Of a stretch of DNA of 48,020 nt, positions 26,077-39,797 are shown piece by piece (position 1 is the first letter of the stretch; each line of letters starts with the position of its first letter). Origin of the DNA: Octopus bimaculoides (lineage: Eukaryota); contig NC_068996.1 of the NCBI RefSeq assembly GCF_001194135.2, positions 32,162,466-32,210,485 on the forward strand. The letters run 5' to 3'. The position numbers were made by a program, and so were the translations under genes. The notes under the pieces were generated by a model. The model was not told the DNA's origin. It saw nothing but the letters and a program-made list of their open reading frames with translations, and ran no database searches.

Positions 26077-27849
26077 ATGTATGTAATATCATTTTCTGAA
26101 TCTTCAGATTTTTTCAGTATGCTAGTCCACTGTTTTAAATTGATATTAATCAAATTAATATAAATTTTTACCCTTATTATTTAAATGCATATATATANNN
26201 NNNNNNNNNNNNNNNNNNNNNNNNNNNNNNNNNNNNNNNNNNNNNNNNNNNNNNNNNNNNNNNNNNNNNNNNNNNNNNNNNNNNNNNNNNNNNNNNNNNN
26301 NNNNNNNNNNNNNNNNNNNNNNNNNNNNNNNNNNNNNNNNNNNNNNNNNNNNNNNNNNNNNNNNNNNNNNNNNNNNNNNNNNNNATATATATATATATAT
26401 AGGATAATTGATCCATACGGTCAGTATTCAATTATTACTCTGTTTGACCTGCTGCCTACTCTTCAACTTGAACTGCAACTAAAAAAAGCGAGCATGTTGC
26501 AACTGCCTTATGAAAGGTTGGCTATAGGTAGCGTTTCAATTGAGAGTTATGTGTACTTACATTACTTCTTATTCGTCTTGCTTCTCTTCTCCTCTACTTA
26601 GCACAACACTTTCATTCTCATACACAAATGATAGATTGCAATAACTCACAGTTATAGGCTAGTAAGTTTATTTTATCTTGTTCTTCATTTCCACACCCTG
26701 AAACTCTAAGCCCTTTCTTCACAAAATATTCCTCCCTGATAGCTAATCTAGTTAGCAGATGGTTCTAATTTACTTGCCTCATATGACGTTGCTATTCCAC
26801 ATATAGGCTTCTTCGCACAATCCCACTTAACATCCTTCTTCCTTACCACACTATCGTCGGCTATTTCTTTCCACATGTCTCCGTCAATCTGATGATCTTT
26901 ATGCGTCTATCTCTCTCATTATGACCCTTTATTGTCTCTACTTCTTTTATTTCAAACTCACCTCAGTATACCTCCCACCATAAGTATATCATTACTTCTT
27001 TCTAAGGTTTTGTCTCATTTTTCTTCCGATCACGGAATAGATCGCAACTATAGTATTGGTTGCCTATTGTTTCCAGCAAACAAAAGATACACATCTGTGT
27101 ATCTTTTCTTGAAACAGTTTTAAAGGACTATCTACAAAGTTCTTTCTTTCGTACTTTCTTTTAATCCAGTGTTGGACTCTACATATAAAAACTACCTTTA
27201 TTTAATACCAATTATTAGGACTTACCGTATAACTGTTCCAGAAAATTACTAGCATACACCATAACCATTATGAACATTCCTCAACTGATCTTTTCCCGAC
27301 CTCTTGTAGTCTAAACTCTTGTAACATTCAATATTACTGTTTTGACAAATGTGTCATAATATAACTTGATGCCAGTTGTTTACCTCTTTAAGCATGTATT
27401 CTATTATACATACGTATGTATGTATGTATGTATGTATGTATGTATAGTGTAGTGCTATCCGGAAAAATTTTGGTATAGGAAGTTAATAAGCTAAACTATT
27501 TTTAGGTATTACATGCTACGTAAGACATGTCAGATTTTGCATGGACACATTTGTAGATTTTATTTACCTTTCCTGATATCAAAGATGCACCATGATCAAC
27601 GTTTCTAGGAGTCTTAGGTGATTTGAGATTTCCGACATCAGATCCCCACACCCAGTTGACTTAGCCAGGTTTGATCAAATCTCAGCTTGCATCCGAGCAG
27701 CAGCATCAAACCACCAACATATGTCCTATTCCAATCAGTGTAGCACTTTCGCGATTTAGTGATGGTATTTATGGCTCATTTCTTTACATCATTAGTAACG
27801 TCAAGTCCAGTCGTAGCTTTGAAAAGTTGACGCCTCACAAAACTACGCC

Positions 27850-28200
27850 AGCTACTTAATGGCTTGCCAACCCTGGTTTCTGAACGGTTCTACACTTAAC
27901 CAGCTCCTAATATTTGGCAAGCGTTTTCTCATGAGCCCCGCCATGTATTTTTCAAGCCCTAAGTATAAGAATTCCACTACCTTAGCGGCCTACATAAATA
28001 GACTTAGGGATAGTAACTTGCTTTATGACCTCTCATGGTCCATAATTGCGAGGGCTCCCCCATATGGTAATGGTTCTGATAGGTGTACATTGTATCTAAG
28101 AGAATCGTCTCTAATCCTTACATTATATAACGCTAATATCTTGAAAATAAGTTTGCAGACACATTCTCTTCGTGTAGCCATAAATTTCACTCTACATTTC
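27850..28200 (+). mobile_element. Third Penelope-like remnant (GIY-YIG C-terminal half), followed by a T-rich putative 3' UTR
   Basis: PKYKNSTTLAAYINRLRD..YDLSWSIIARAPPYGNGSDRCTLYLRESSLIL matches the PLE endonuclease C-terminus pattern. Confidence 0.75.
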
Positions 28201-29111
28201 TAAAAGCCTATAAAATTAGATCTACAAGGGAACTGAATTAAAATAATGTTTGTAGATATAATTGTGATTCCCAAGTATTTGGATTTTTCCGCTCATAGCA
28301 AAAAATTGATCATTTTCATAAGAGCTGTAAAACATTTTGTGAGGAATTTTTGATTCTGCTAGATTATTACTACAAAGAAATTTACCAAGGAGGACATGCA
28401 GATGAAGGGGACATTGCATATATGAAGTATTTAATTTCTAACCATGACAGGTAATGTACCACTGAAATGACCATAGATGGAACATCCTCCAATTTTTGGA
28501 TCCTATTTTATTTATATTTTTCATAACTTTGATATTTAGCTTTATTTCTATCTTATATTCTATATGTATAAGAGATTTTTAGACAATTTAGGCGGTTTGC
28601 CATTTTAAAAGTTGACGTTTTTATACCTATATTTATCAACTTCTCATTTGTTTTGCACCTCCTATATTTATCACGCATAACACCTTACATGTAAATTTTA
28701 TTTATATGTAATTTTATATGCATTTTTATGTGTTTTTATATTTCTATTTTTTATGTATTTTTTTAGTTTCATTCTTTATACCTTTGACGAATCTTCACGC
28801 CTCTACATGCATGATTTATGTTGATGTGTATAGATATATGATTCAACTACTTTATGTTTTCTTTTATGCGTTCAGGAATCTGTTTGATTGCCTAAGATTA
28901 GCGTTTTCAATTTTTTCTACTTTGTATTTTTTCGCATTGGCTCTCTATGTGCACTCCGTATATAGCCCATACATATTAAAACATACTTAATATTATACAT
29001 ACAATATTAATAATAATAATAAAAAGTGACAACAAAAACATGAGACCTCGATATTAGGTAAATGGAAGATTATTTATATTTATAGTTTAGGACAATCAGT
29101 AAATTGTCGTT

Positions 29112-29170
29112 ATACTACCCAGAGTTTCAAATGCCGGTGCGAAGAGCTACGATGCATTCTCGTCGGCTAT
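29112..29170 (-). ncRNA. Mirror copy of the hammerhead candidate, first stem I pair broken
   Basis: Reverse complement of 29599-29657 with substitutions at 29115 (G-G in stem I) and 29119. Confidence 0.45.
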
Positions 29171-29216
29171 TTATGGCAATAGACGCTATGAAAAACCGTG
29201 TGTATGATGAAGTTGC

Positions 29217-29333
<117 letters not shown>

Positions 29334-29598
29334 TGTGTGTGTGTGTGCGTGTGTGTGTGGATATGTGTATATGTATGAGTACATGCATGCATATATATGT
29401 TTCTGTGTGTATGTGCAAGTACATATACATGTTTGTGTGAGTGTGTACATATGTAGACGTTATGAAAGCAGGAGGTTTTATATCTATGTATTATGAGAAT
29501 ATGGTTTCGTGTATTTTTTATCTTCTATATATTTTTTCCTACCTATTAGAGTAACTACCCTTTTATACAACGGTTTTTCATAGCGTCTATTGCCATAA

Positions 29599-29657
29599 AT
29601 AGCCGACGAGAATGCATCGTAGCTCTTCGCACCGGCATTTGAAACTCTGAGTACTAT
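29599..29657 (+). ncRNA. Type I hammerhead ribozyme candidate (U4C core variant)
   Basis: Stem I ATAG/CTAT; CCGACGA 29603-29609; stem II GAATGC/GCATTT; GAAAC 29641-29645; palindromic ACTC-T-GAGT stem III; GTA 29651-29653. Confidence 0.65.
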
Positions 29658-29672
29658 AATGACAGCTTACTG

Positions 29673-30195
29673 GGCAGGGCCTGTTGAGGAAAAGAAATTG
29701 TGTCGCAGTGTACCTATATGTTGTGATTCTCAATTGGGCTGGGGACGTATGGCCCGTGGTCCCAGCATTGGATGAACCTTGAAGCTACTGTTCAGGTCGT
29801 TTGGGCAATGCTGCCGGTATATTCTCCACATCGTTCAAACGATGTACCGCTCGCGGCGGTGCTGGAAAAGGTACAGTTTCAAGGTTTTAAGGCGGTTCAA
29901 GTAATCGAGATCAGTCATGCTCTTAATTCGTTTAGTGAATGCCCTCCGGGGTGATTCAATTTTCGAGATGTTTTGTTTTGTAGGGAGAGACCACAGGGGA
30001 GCAGCAGTATTCGAGGTGTAGTCGTACAAACGAGGAGAAAAGTAGAATGATGACACCCTGTTCTCTGGACCGGAAGGTTCTTAAAATCCAGGAGCTCATC
30101 CCATGAGCTATATCGACCTTATTGTTGATGTGAGCCCTCCAACTGAGATTGTTATCAACAATTACTCCTAGGTCTCTGATATTAGTAGATGCTGT
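29673..30195 (-). mobile_element. CR1/L2-group LINE, RT C-terminal fragment
   Basis: TNIRDLGVIVDNNLSWRAHIN, WILRTFRSRE, FVRLHLEYC, IESPRRAFTKRI, LKTLKLY..RRERY and NFFSSTGPA. Confidence 0.85.
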
Positions 30196-31247
30196 GAGCG
30201 AGAAAGATAGACAGCGGAAGATAGAGATAGAAAGAGAGAAAGTTTTGTCTTTGTTAGCAAGCTTTTCAGTTTGTATGTTCAGTTTGATAACCACATATAC
30301 CCACATATGTCATTAGTATTTTCATTCCTTAACGTTGATAATTACAAAGAATAATGTATATTAGAGAAGTTTAAATAACGTTGCAGAAGAATGGCTTTAT
30401 TTTAAATCTTTTCAACTTCGATGTTACAAGAATTTTCAGAATACAGTGTAAATAGGACAGAGGTTATGATCTACGAACATGTCACTTTATCAAGTTATTT
30501 CCAATATCGGCCGTAACTTTGGCCTACAATCAATATCCTGAAAATTAATTATACTACAGTTCTATAGTTTGGATTATGCAGACACTAAGTATATAATCCT
30601 ATGTCATATTGTGCCATATAAATAAATGTTTCACTAAGTATCTATAATATCAGATTCGGTCATTTATTCTGTGAAATATATCACTGTATTAAATCTCGTA
30701 GCGTTAATATATCCTTTATATAATATAACGAGCTTATTCCAAATCGCTACACATCGGAGAAGTAAAATATATCTTCAATATTTACGAATAAATATTCTGC
30801 CATTCTTTCCTCACCGTCATCTTTCAGGGTTATGTAATTATATAAATCTGGATTACTATTTAAAACACTAGAATACCATTTCAAGGATATTTTGACGCTA
30901 TTTCTAGCAAACTTAAACGCTTTACAGTCGATATTATTTCTGAAATCGTAACTTTTCAATTAAATAAGTTTTGAAAATGCTTCTATTTGATTGCAGTAAT
31001 ACCGCCCGATATACGAATACAACTATCATAACCCGTACATATTCTTCTCTTACACATTATTTGAAACAGTATTGTACACAGCATGCAAAAAGCGTGACAT
31101 ATTGCGTTGTATCTTTGCGTAGCAAAAGTGTAACATAACATCCTCATCATTCAGCATGTTAATCATTATGAACTTTGTTTTTAAGTTAGAAATGATGTGA
31201 AAGGAGAATTCGTAGACAAATTGAATAATAATAACAACAACAAGAAA

Positions 31248-31248
31248 G

Positions 31249-31321
<73 letters not shown>

Positions 31322-31346
31322 CAACAACAACAACAACAATAATAAT
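31248..31346. repeat. (TAA)n/(CAA)n array, tail side of a SINE B copy
   Basis: Direct reading. Confidence 0.95.
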
Positions 31347-31511
31347 CCATAGGCCTGGATTATATGGGGAATGGGACAGTCGATTACATCGACCTCAGTG
31401 TTTCAAAGGATGAAAGTTGACCTCGGCGGTATTTGAACTCAGAACGTAAAGACGGACGAAATACCGCTATGGATTTCGCCCGTCGTGCTGACGATTCTGC
31501 CAGCTCACCGT
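31347..31511 (-). mobile_element. tRNA-derived SINE family B
   Basis: Minus strand begins ggtgagcTGGCAGAATCG (A-box-like) and contains GAGTTCAAATACC (B-box-like). Confidence 0.85.
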
Positions 31512-31571
31512 CTTAATAATAATAATGATAATAATAATAATAATTATAATAATAATAATGATGATGATGAT

Positions 31572-31758
31572 CATTAGTACGCCGGGCAAAATGCTTAGCA
31601 GCATTTCGTCCGTCTTTGTGTTTTGAGTTCAAATTCTGACGAGGCCGGCTTCACTTATCAATCTTTTGGAATGAAAGGCAAAGTCGACTCGTTACGGATG
31701 GTGGGTGGAGTTTAGAACTGGCACTCGCTCACCAAATTTCAGGCTTGCGTCCATAGTA
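31572..31758 (+). mobile_element. SINE family B, slightly 5'-clipped
   Basis: ttagtacgccgggcaaaatgcttagcagcatttcgtccgtc...gagttcaaattc...aaatttcaggcttg..catagtag, running into (TAG)n. Confidence 0.8.
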
Positions 31759-31781
31759 GCAGCAGCAACAGAAGCAGCAGC

Positions 31782-31827
<46 letters not shown>

Positions 31828-31920
31828 ATCGTAATAGTTGTTGTTGTTGTTCTTTTTCTTCTTTTTCTTCTTTTTCTTCTTTTTNNNNNNNNNNTCTTCT
31901 TCTTCTTCTTCTTCTTCTTT
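31759..31920. repeat. Compound (CAG)/(TAG)/(TTG)/(TTC) low-complexity tract
   Basis: Direct reading. Confidence 0.95.
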
Positions 31921-32688
31921 TTGCCATTCTCTTCTTCCGCTGATCCGTCTTTGGCATCTACAAGTGAAGATGACAAAAGAATCAAAGACGGCATGAAGTC
32001 GTCCACAGAGTGCTCTTTGAGCTAATACTGATGTCTTTCAACGCAACAGAATGTCCCCCCACGTCTTCTCACAATTAAAAAAATATATCATTTATCACTG
32101 AAAATCCCAATGGCTTTCAAACACCCACTCAGAGACCAACACTAACATAAATTAAAATCCATCATCTCCGACCTGAAATCAAAACAAGGAATTCTTGTCA
32201 AATCTGACAAAACAGAAATCTTGTATAACTTGCACATTGATTTTGCCAAAACTACGCTCTAAATTCTAAAACCTATAAACGGAGATTTTCATTTCTCATT
32301 CTCATTAGTTGATAAACTGCATATAAAAACGAAGAAGTGTGAGGAGAGAAATTGTTATTTATTCAACTGTTATGAATATTTGATTTTAAGAAATAAAGAG
32401 TGAATTTTACAAATTTTCAAAAGAAATTATACGGAACAAAAAGAAAAACAGAATGTAAACAAGTAATCGTTTTGTGTGTATGAGTATGTAAATACACCTA
32501 CACACGCACACGCATATGCACACACGCGTACGAATACACACATGCACACACACAAATACACACACAAACACACACACAAACACACACACGCATACTAACA
32601 CATACACTAACACTAATACGGACACATACTAACACACACTAACACTAACATAGAAACTTCCACACCCATAAATACACACACTTATAAA

Positions 32689-33201
32689 GGTGAAGACATA
32701 CCTGTGTGATAAGAAATTTGCTTCCTAAACACTTGGTTCCGAGTTCAGTCCCACAGTGTGGAAAAGCAGGTAAGTGTCTTCTACTGTAACTCGGACTGAC
32801 CAAAGCCTTGTAATTGGATTTGGTAAAAGATAACTGAAAGAAAAAATCGTATGTATGTGGATGCATATATATAGAGATATATACACAGAGAGAGGGGAAG
32901 AGAGAAAAAGAAAGAAAGAGATAAAGAGAGATAGATGTGTATACACATGTATATATGTTTATTACTGCATGTGTCTGTGTTCCTATTTCACCACCCTCCC
33001 GCTACACAAACACACGCACACATCCGCTTGACAACCGGTGTTAGCATCTTAACGCTGCCGTAACTTAGCAGCTCGACAAATAGTTTAGGTGTCAAACTTA
33101 AAAATATCAAGTACTAGGATCGATTTGTTCGTCTAATCTCTTAAGGGGTTACCCAAATATGACCGCAGTCTAATGACTGAAACAAGTAAAAGATGAAAGA
33201 T
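32689..33201 (+). mobile_element. Degenerate full-length SINE family A (head, internal simple repeats, 3' half, tail)
   Basis: Head with gagttcagtcccac and aagtgtcttctact; 3' half with cgcttgacaaccgg...gaccgcagtctaatgactgaaacaagtaaaaga. Confidence 0.75.
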
Positions 33202-33642
33202 ATACACAGATACATATATATATTTGCACACACACAAATGGGCGCGCGCGTTTGTGTGTGTGTGTGTGTGTTCTGAGATATGCTTTTTCACTATATTTAA
33301 GACGCTCAAACACACATACAATCATATCCTAAAGGTTTCTTAATCTCGGGAAGTTAACTCCGGCGACGGCCTTTAATTATGACCTTGTATGTAAATAAGA
33401 ACAAAAGCAATAACAGTCAAATAATAGTAAATATTCAATGAGAAAACAATAATAAAATCAGAGTAAATTGATAGGCAATCAGAATTAGAAACGAAGGAAG
33501 ACAAGTATAAAAAGCAATAAAAGAGAGACTGATGGCTCCAAAAGAAATTGATAGAACACCTGCGTCTAAATCTAATGTGAATACGCACGAACTAAACGCA
33601 CACAAACACACGTATACATGAACATTAACTAACACACGCATG

Positions 33643-33694
<52 letters not shown>

Positions 33695-35783
33695 NNNNNN
33701 NNNNNNNNNNNNNNNNNNNNNNNNNNNNNNNNNNNNNNNNNNNNNNNNNNNNNNNNNNNNNNNNNNNNNNNNNNNNNNNNNNNNNNNNNNNNNNNNNNNN
33801 NNNNNNNNNNNNNNNNNNNNNNNNNNNNNNNNNNNNNNNNNNNNNNNNNNNNNNNNNNNNNNNNNNNNNNNNNNNNNNNNNNNNNNNNNNNNNNNNNNNN
33901 NNNNNNNNNNNNNNNNNNNNNNNNNNNNNNNNNNNNNNNNNNNNNNNNNNNNNNNNNNNNNNNNNNNNNNNNNNNNNNNNNNNNNNNNNNNNNNNNNNNN
34001 NNNNNNNNNNNNNNNNNNNNNNNNNNNNNNNNNNNNNNNNNNNNNNNNNNNNNNNNNNNNNNNNNNNNNNNNNNNNNNNNNNNNNNNNNNNNNNNNNNNN
34101 NNNNNNNNNNNNNNNNNNNNNNNNNNNNNNNNNNNNNNNNNNNNNNNNNNNNNNNNNNNNNNNNNNNNNNNNNNNNNNNNNNNNNNNNNNNNNNNNNNNN
34201 NNNNNNNNNNNNNNNATATATATATATATATACGGATTGATAAATATATACATATACAGATAGGTATAGATACTGATGTATATATATCTATTTGTATATA
34301 TATATTTGTATGGATGTGTGTGTGTACGAGAGAGAGGTAGAAAGAGCTGTACATTTCCTCAGCGTTTGCTAATTGAATAAGAAAAACTCAGTGTATATTA
34401 TGAGGCACATAATGGCGATGCAATTAAGAACATTTCGATTTCAGTCGCACTACGTGGCATTTTGAGCAAGGAACTTTATCCAAAATGTAAACTACATACA
34501 ACCATATCTTTTACACAGACGTACATATCTATGTGTCCACGTGTCCTGTCTTTATGACGTTGTGTGAAAGATATCTATAATAAGGTTTAGTTGTGTGAAG
34601 GATATCTGTATGTATTGTATAATAATTATCAATCTCAAATGTTAAAACTCATTTCTGCATGTCAAATTAAACTATGTCAGTTGCCATAATGCAGTTATAG
34701 AAGGCATCAGAAGAATAAATTAATATAGAGAAATGTATTTATAAACAAAAACACGCATGTGCACACACGCACACACGTTAGCACACAAACACATACACTC
34801 ACACACACACACACACACACACACATGACAACAGTTCGACAAACGTTTACTTTTACCAAATGTTGTGGCTGTCAACTTAAATGGTTCAAGGGGCAAGAAA
34901 TATGCTCACTGACCTTATCAAAATTATCAACCAGTCAGTTCCATAATTACAAATCACTTAACTTTAAGACTGAGTTACACATCAAATATTACAGTCGACA
35001 GGTATGTATATACACCTATATATATATATATATATNNNNNNNNNNNNNNNNNNNNNNNNNNNNNNNNNNNNNNNNNNNNNNNNNNNNNNNNNNNNNNNNN
35101 NNNNNNNNNNNNNNNNNNNNNNNNNNNNNNNNNNNNNNNNNNNNNNNNNNNNNNNNNNNNNNNNNNNNNNNNNNNNNNNNNNNNNNNNNNNNNNNNNNNN
35201 NNNNNNNNNNNNNNNNNNNNNNNNNNNNNNNNNNNNNNNNNNNNNNNNNNNNNNNNNNNNNNNNNNNNNNNNNNNNNNNNNNNNNNNNNNNNNNNNNNNN
35301 NNNNNNNNNNNNNNNNNNNNNNNNNNNNNNNNNNNNNNNNNNNNNNNNNNNNNNNNNNNNNNNNNNNNNNNNNNNNNNNNNNNNNNNNNNNNNNNNNNNN
35401 NNNNNNNNNNNNNNNNNNNNNNNNNNNNNNNNNNNNNNNNNNNNNNNNNNNNNNNNNNNNNNNNNNNNNNNNNNNNNNNNNNNNNNNNNNNNNNNNNNNN
35501 NNNNNNNNNNNNNNNNNNNNNNNNNNNNNNNNNNNNNNNNNNNNNNNNNNNNNNNNNNNNNNNNNNNNNNNNNNNNNNNNNNNNNNNNNNNNNNNNNNNN
35601 NNNNNNNNNNNNNNNNNNNNNNNNNNNNNNNNNNNNNNNNNNNNNNNNNNNNNNNNNNNNNNNNNNNNNNNNNNNNNNNNNNNNNNNNNNNNNNNNNNNN
35701 NNNNNNNNNNNNNNNNNNNNNNNNNNNNNNNNNNNNNNNNNNNNNNNNNNNNNNNNNNNNNNNNNNNNNNNNNNNNNNNNNNN

Positions 35784-35792
35784 AACAACAAC

Positions 35793-35827
<35 letters not shown>

Positions 35828-35901
35828 GAAGAAGAAGAAGAAGAAGAAGAACAATAACAACAACAACACCAACAACAAAAACAACAACAATAATAATAAT
35901 A
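35784..35901. repeat. (CAA)/(TAA)/(GAA) compound array
   Basis: Direct reading. Confidence 0.95.
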
Positions 35902-36276
35902 AAATGCCCTGATGCAGTAGCAGGCAATGGCTTTCATGGCTTTTCATCTTAACTGGCTGGAAGTGTTATCATGTACATTGTTTTGTCTTGGTATAAAAGA
36001 TGGGCTACAGCAAATATTCTGCTTAATACCACAGATTTGCTTGTCAGTTGTTTGACCTTTACCAGTTGAGCATGTCCCTTAGTGGCTGACGATATGTGCA
36101 TCTCTCTTCATCAGCAGAAGTAGTGGGGGAGCATCATAGCCATGTCTTGAGAGGAATTCTTTGGGGTTTGGATAATTCACCTCTTGAAACATGCTTGTTT
36201 CATTCAACATCCTGAAACAACCCTCCTTCAGGGACCTTTTGAACGGGATGGCTACTCGACCTGAAGGAAATTCTAA
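35902..36276. mobile_element. (AAT)n-associated element, copy 2 (truncated)
   Basis: Aligns to 18926-~19290 and ends at the (TAA) tail of a SINE B copy. Confidence 0.8.
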
Positions 36277-36465
36277 TAATAATAATTTCTACTATAGGCA
36301 CAAAGCCTGAAATTTAGGGGGAGGACCATAGTCGTTTATATCGACCCAAGTACTTGACTGATACTTATTTTGTCGACCTGAAAAAAGGATGAACGGTTAA
36401 AAGTTATTTTGACGGAATTTGAACCCAGAATTTGGATACGGACGAAATGCCGCTAAGCATTTTCC
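36277..36465 (-). mobile_element. SINE family B
   Basis: ctactataggcacaaagcctgaaattt...cggaatttgaacccagaa..acggacgaaatgccgctaagcatttt. Confidence 0.8.
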
Positions 36466-36476
36466 TATTGTATAGA

Positions 36477-36790
36477 GCCAAAGGCCCCAGCTTCGCCAGT
36501 TACTGTATCAGCTTTGATTTCATTGGCCAACTGTTCGTCAGTACCCTCCGAAAAGATCTGTGAGACTTGCAATATGGTTGGTCTAGGTATCTACAAAACA
36601 AAACTGGATTTTCTCATGTTAAGAGTTCCGGATGAACCTAGACCGCAGCAGGAAATGCAAATGAGTGCAGCAATATCAACTTCCCTCATTCACCAGATAC
36701 CACATATTAACATATTAGGTAAGGTTTCAAGTCATGAAAGAAAGTGTAGCAAAACCAACAGTGGTGCTGCAGCTTGGCCGCAGTTCTTGA
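36477..36790 (+). mobile_element. CR1-type LINE extreme 3' end (ORF2 tail and 3' UTR)
   Basis: YKTKLDFLMLRVPDEP...STSLIHQ resembles the CR1 ORF2 C-terminus (FKxxLDxFL..VPDxP..NSL); the UTR shares a motif with the SINE A tail. Confidence 0.65.
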
Positions 36791-37346
36791 TCAAAATATA
36801 TATATATATATATATATATANNNNNNNNNNNNNNNNNNNNNNNNNNNNNNNNNNNNNNNNNNNNNNNNNNNNNNNNNNNNNNNNNNNNNNNNNNNNNNNN
36901 NNNNNNNNNNNNNNNNNNNNNNNNNNNNNNNNNNNNNNNNNNNNNNNNNNNNNNNNNNNNNNNNNNNNNNNNNNNNNNNNNNNNNNNNNNNNNNNNNNNN
37001 NNNNNNNNNNNNNNNNNNNNNNNNNNNNNNNNNNNNNNNNNNNNNNNNNNNNNNNNNNNNNNNNNNNNNNNNNNNNNNNNNNNNNNNNNNNNNNNNNNNN
37101 NNNNNNNNNNNNNNNNNNNNNNNNNNNNNNNNNNNNNNNNNNNNNNNNNNNNNNNNNNNNNNNNNNNNNNNNNNNNNNNNNNNNNNNNNNNNNNNNNNNN
37201 NNNNNNNNNNNNNNNNNNNNNNNNNNNNNNNNNNNNNNNNNNNNNNNNNNNNNNNNNNNNNNNNNNNNNNNNNNNNNNNNNNNNNNNNNNNNNNNNNNNN
37301 NNNNNNNNNNNNNNNNNNNNNNNNNNNNNNNNNNNNNNNNNNNNNN

Positions 37347-37384
<38 letters not shown>

Positions 37385-37931
37385 CATATATAAGTATGTG
37401 TACATATATGTATGTATGCATGCATATATGTATATATTGAATAGCGTAAGCGAGAAGTTCATGATTTTTAAATGAGTAATATTATAAATAAATACGATAG
37501 TTTGTGCTTGTGTGTGTTTATATGTATGTGTGTGTTTGTGGGTGCCTTTGTGGATATACAGTCTGCGTATTGTGTAAGTGTGATTAGTTGTTTGGTGAGT
37601 GTGTGAATGTGAAATGCGTGTTTTCACAGCTTGGCAATTTTTCCTCTTAACATGACGTAATCAATTAAATCATGTGATTTTTAAAGATACAATATTATTC
37701 AAAATTCAAATGTTACTTACAAAGAAAGCTCTACTGAACTGTAAAATATAGATTTAAGCTAAAACATTCAAAAAGGAATCTCTAAAGTGAAATAGTATTC
37801 CACAACCTCCGTTTCCTTTAAGTAGCATAGTATGATTTATCTCTGTGGTCTCCTGGCAATTGATATTGATTTAACATATCCATATATAAATACACCAATA
37901 CATTTATAGTACAAACACATGAACTTTCTGT

Positions 37932-37980
37932 CACACAGAAGAGAATATTTGTTCATACACAATACACAAACGCGCGCGCG

Positions 37981-38031
<51 letters not shown>

Positions 38032-38085
38032 ACAGAAGAGAATATTTGTTCATACACAATACACAAATGCGCGCGCGCGCGCGCA
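37932..38085. repeat. 97-bp-period local duplication (cacagaagagaatatttgttcatacacaatacacaaa plus CG/CA runs)
   Basis: Copies start at 37932 and 38029. Confidence 0.9.
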
Positions 38086-38151
38086 CACACAGAGACACGC
38101 ACGCTCACACAAACAGATATACATACAAACCATATATATATATATATATAA

Positions 38152-38186
<35 letters not shown>

Positions 38187-38383
38187 TTTGTTTCATTTAA
38201 ATGAACAAGTTGTTTGTACATTCACAAAATTTTATTTTGTTCGAGAAACGAACAAAAGCGCTAATAATAATGAAGAAATAAAAAGATTTTTTTCAAAATC
38301 CTGACGACTTTTTCTCAATATTCAATTTCTGTACATCACACCTAACACACACACACACACACACACACACNNNNNNNNNNNNN

Positions 38384-38426
<43 letters not shown>

Positions 38427-39640
38427 GTATGTATGTATGCATGTATATGCGTACTTATATCCGAGATAAGAGAGGAAAAAAAATTATCTGCTGTTACCAG
38501 ACTGTGCTGCCCTCCAGAAATTTTCGTTTCTTTAAAAATCTGTGGGAAAGCATATAAACAAATATTTCGGAGCTATTAACTTTCCTACATTGATTATTAA
38601 TTTACTCCGCTAATTACAGTTATTAGTGCAGCTTGGTTATATTACTAAGAGACTTATAAGTAGTTTCGAAATGGTGTTTTGATAAGAGCAGCAATTACAA
38701 GTGGCAATTTTGAAGCATCTTTACTGTTTTATACTTCCGTTTTAGGACGAATTTTAAGGTGCATATTTTCTCTTTAGCATGTGCTTTGAAAATACATTTG
38801 CTAAACTACACATTAAAAATTATCCGGCTGTTTTTTGAAATTCTACTTTTTATCTGTTTATCGTTTCTTTTTTTCTAAATATCAATGGTGGAACTTCCTT
38901 TGTAAGAAACTAGATCGTTCTTTGCTGGAAGAATTCAAATAAAGGAAAATAAGAATATATGGATATAAACACATACACATATACGCGCTATGCACACGCA
39001 CATATCAAAGTATATATAAACACACATATATGTACACATACATAGATAAGATATACATAATTAATTAACTCTCTACAATGCTGCTACTAACTAAGCAACG
39101 TGCATGTGCTCCACATAACTAATGGTGTCGACTTCCTCGTCAAATCATCTTTTATTTGTTCATCATTCATATTTTCCTTGTTGAGGGTAACAGTATTGGA
39201 TATACAATGTTAGTTAGAGAAACGATTGGCAAAATTTAAGTAATCGGGTCTTATATCTCTAAAAATATCTTCAATATTCACTCCCAACAACATTTAACCC
39301 CGCGATTATTTTCTTCCGTTTTTTTTTCTATCAAATTGTAAGATTAAGCTTCCGCATCAGTTTGTTTCTGCAATTACTTTATGTAGCAAATGTGATTGTT
39401 ACAAAGATGATCATCAGAAGGAAGAAGAGGATGAGGAGAAGGTCAGTTGTGGTGGTAGTATTCAGTATAAGTGATTATAATGTGGGATAGTGATGATGAT
39501 CGTTATCACTGTCGTCTTCATAATTACAAATAACGCTTTGATGCAATATCACTGAAGTAATATTTAAAAAAAAAAAACAACATTAAAAAAAATGTACTTC
39601 AATACAATAAAATATTCATAATTCTAATGATGAGTTTCTG

Positions 39641-39686
<46 letters not shown>

Positions 39687-39718
39687 NNNNNNNNNNNNNN
39701 NNNNNNNNNNNNNNNNNN

Positions 39719-39797
<79 letters not shown>

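Noticed and set aside
26850-27350. Possible RTE-type AP endonuclease remnant on the minus strand (VMVYAS, ATNT-like words)
   Set aside because: Only scattered short words amid many stops; needs a profile search.
28436-28480. ccatgacagg...ccactgaaat after the third PLE as a decayed HHR
   Set aside because: Core and stems are too degenerate to support.
36100-36116. Minus-strand CTGATGA in the AAT-associated element
   Set aside because: Not conserved in copy 1 and no GAAA follows.
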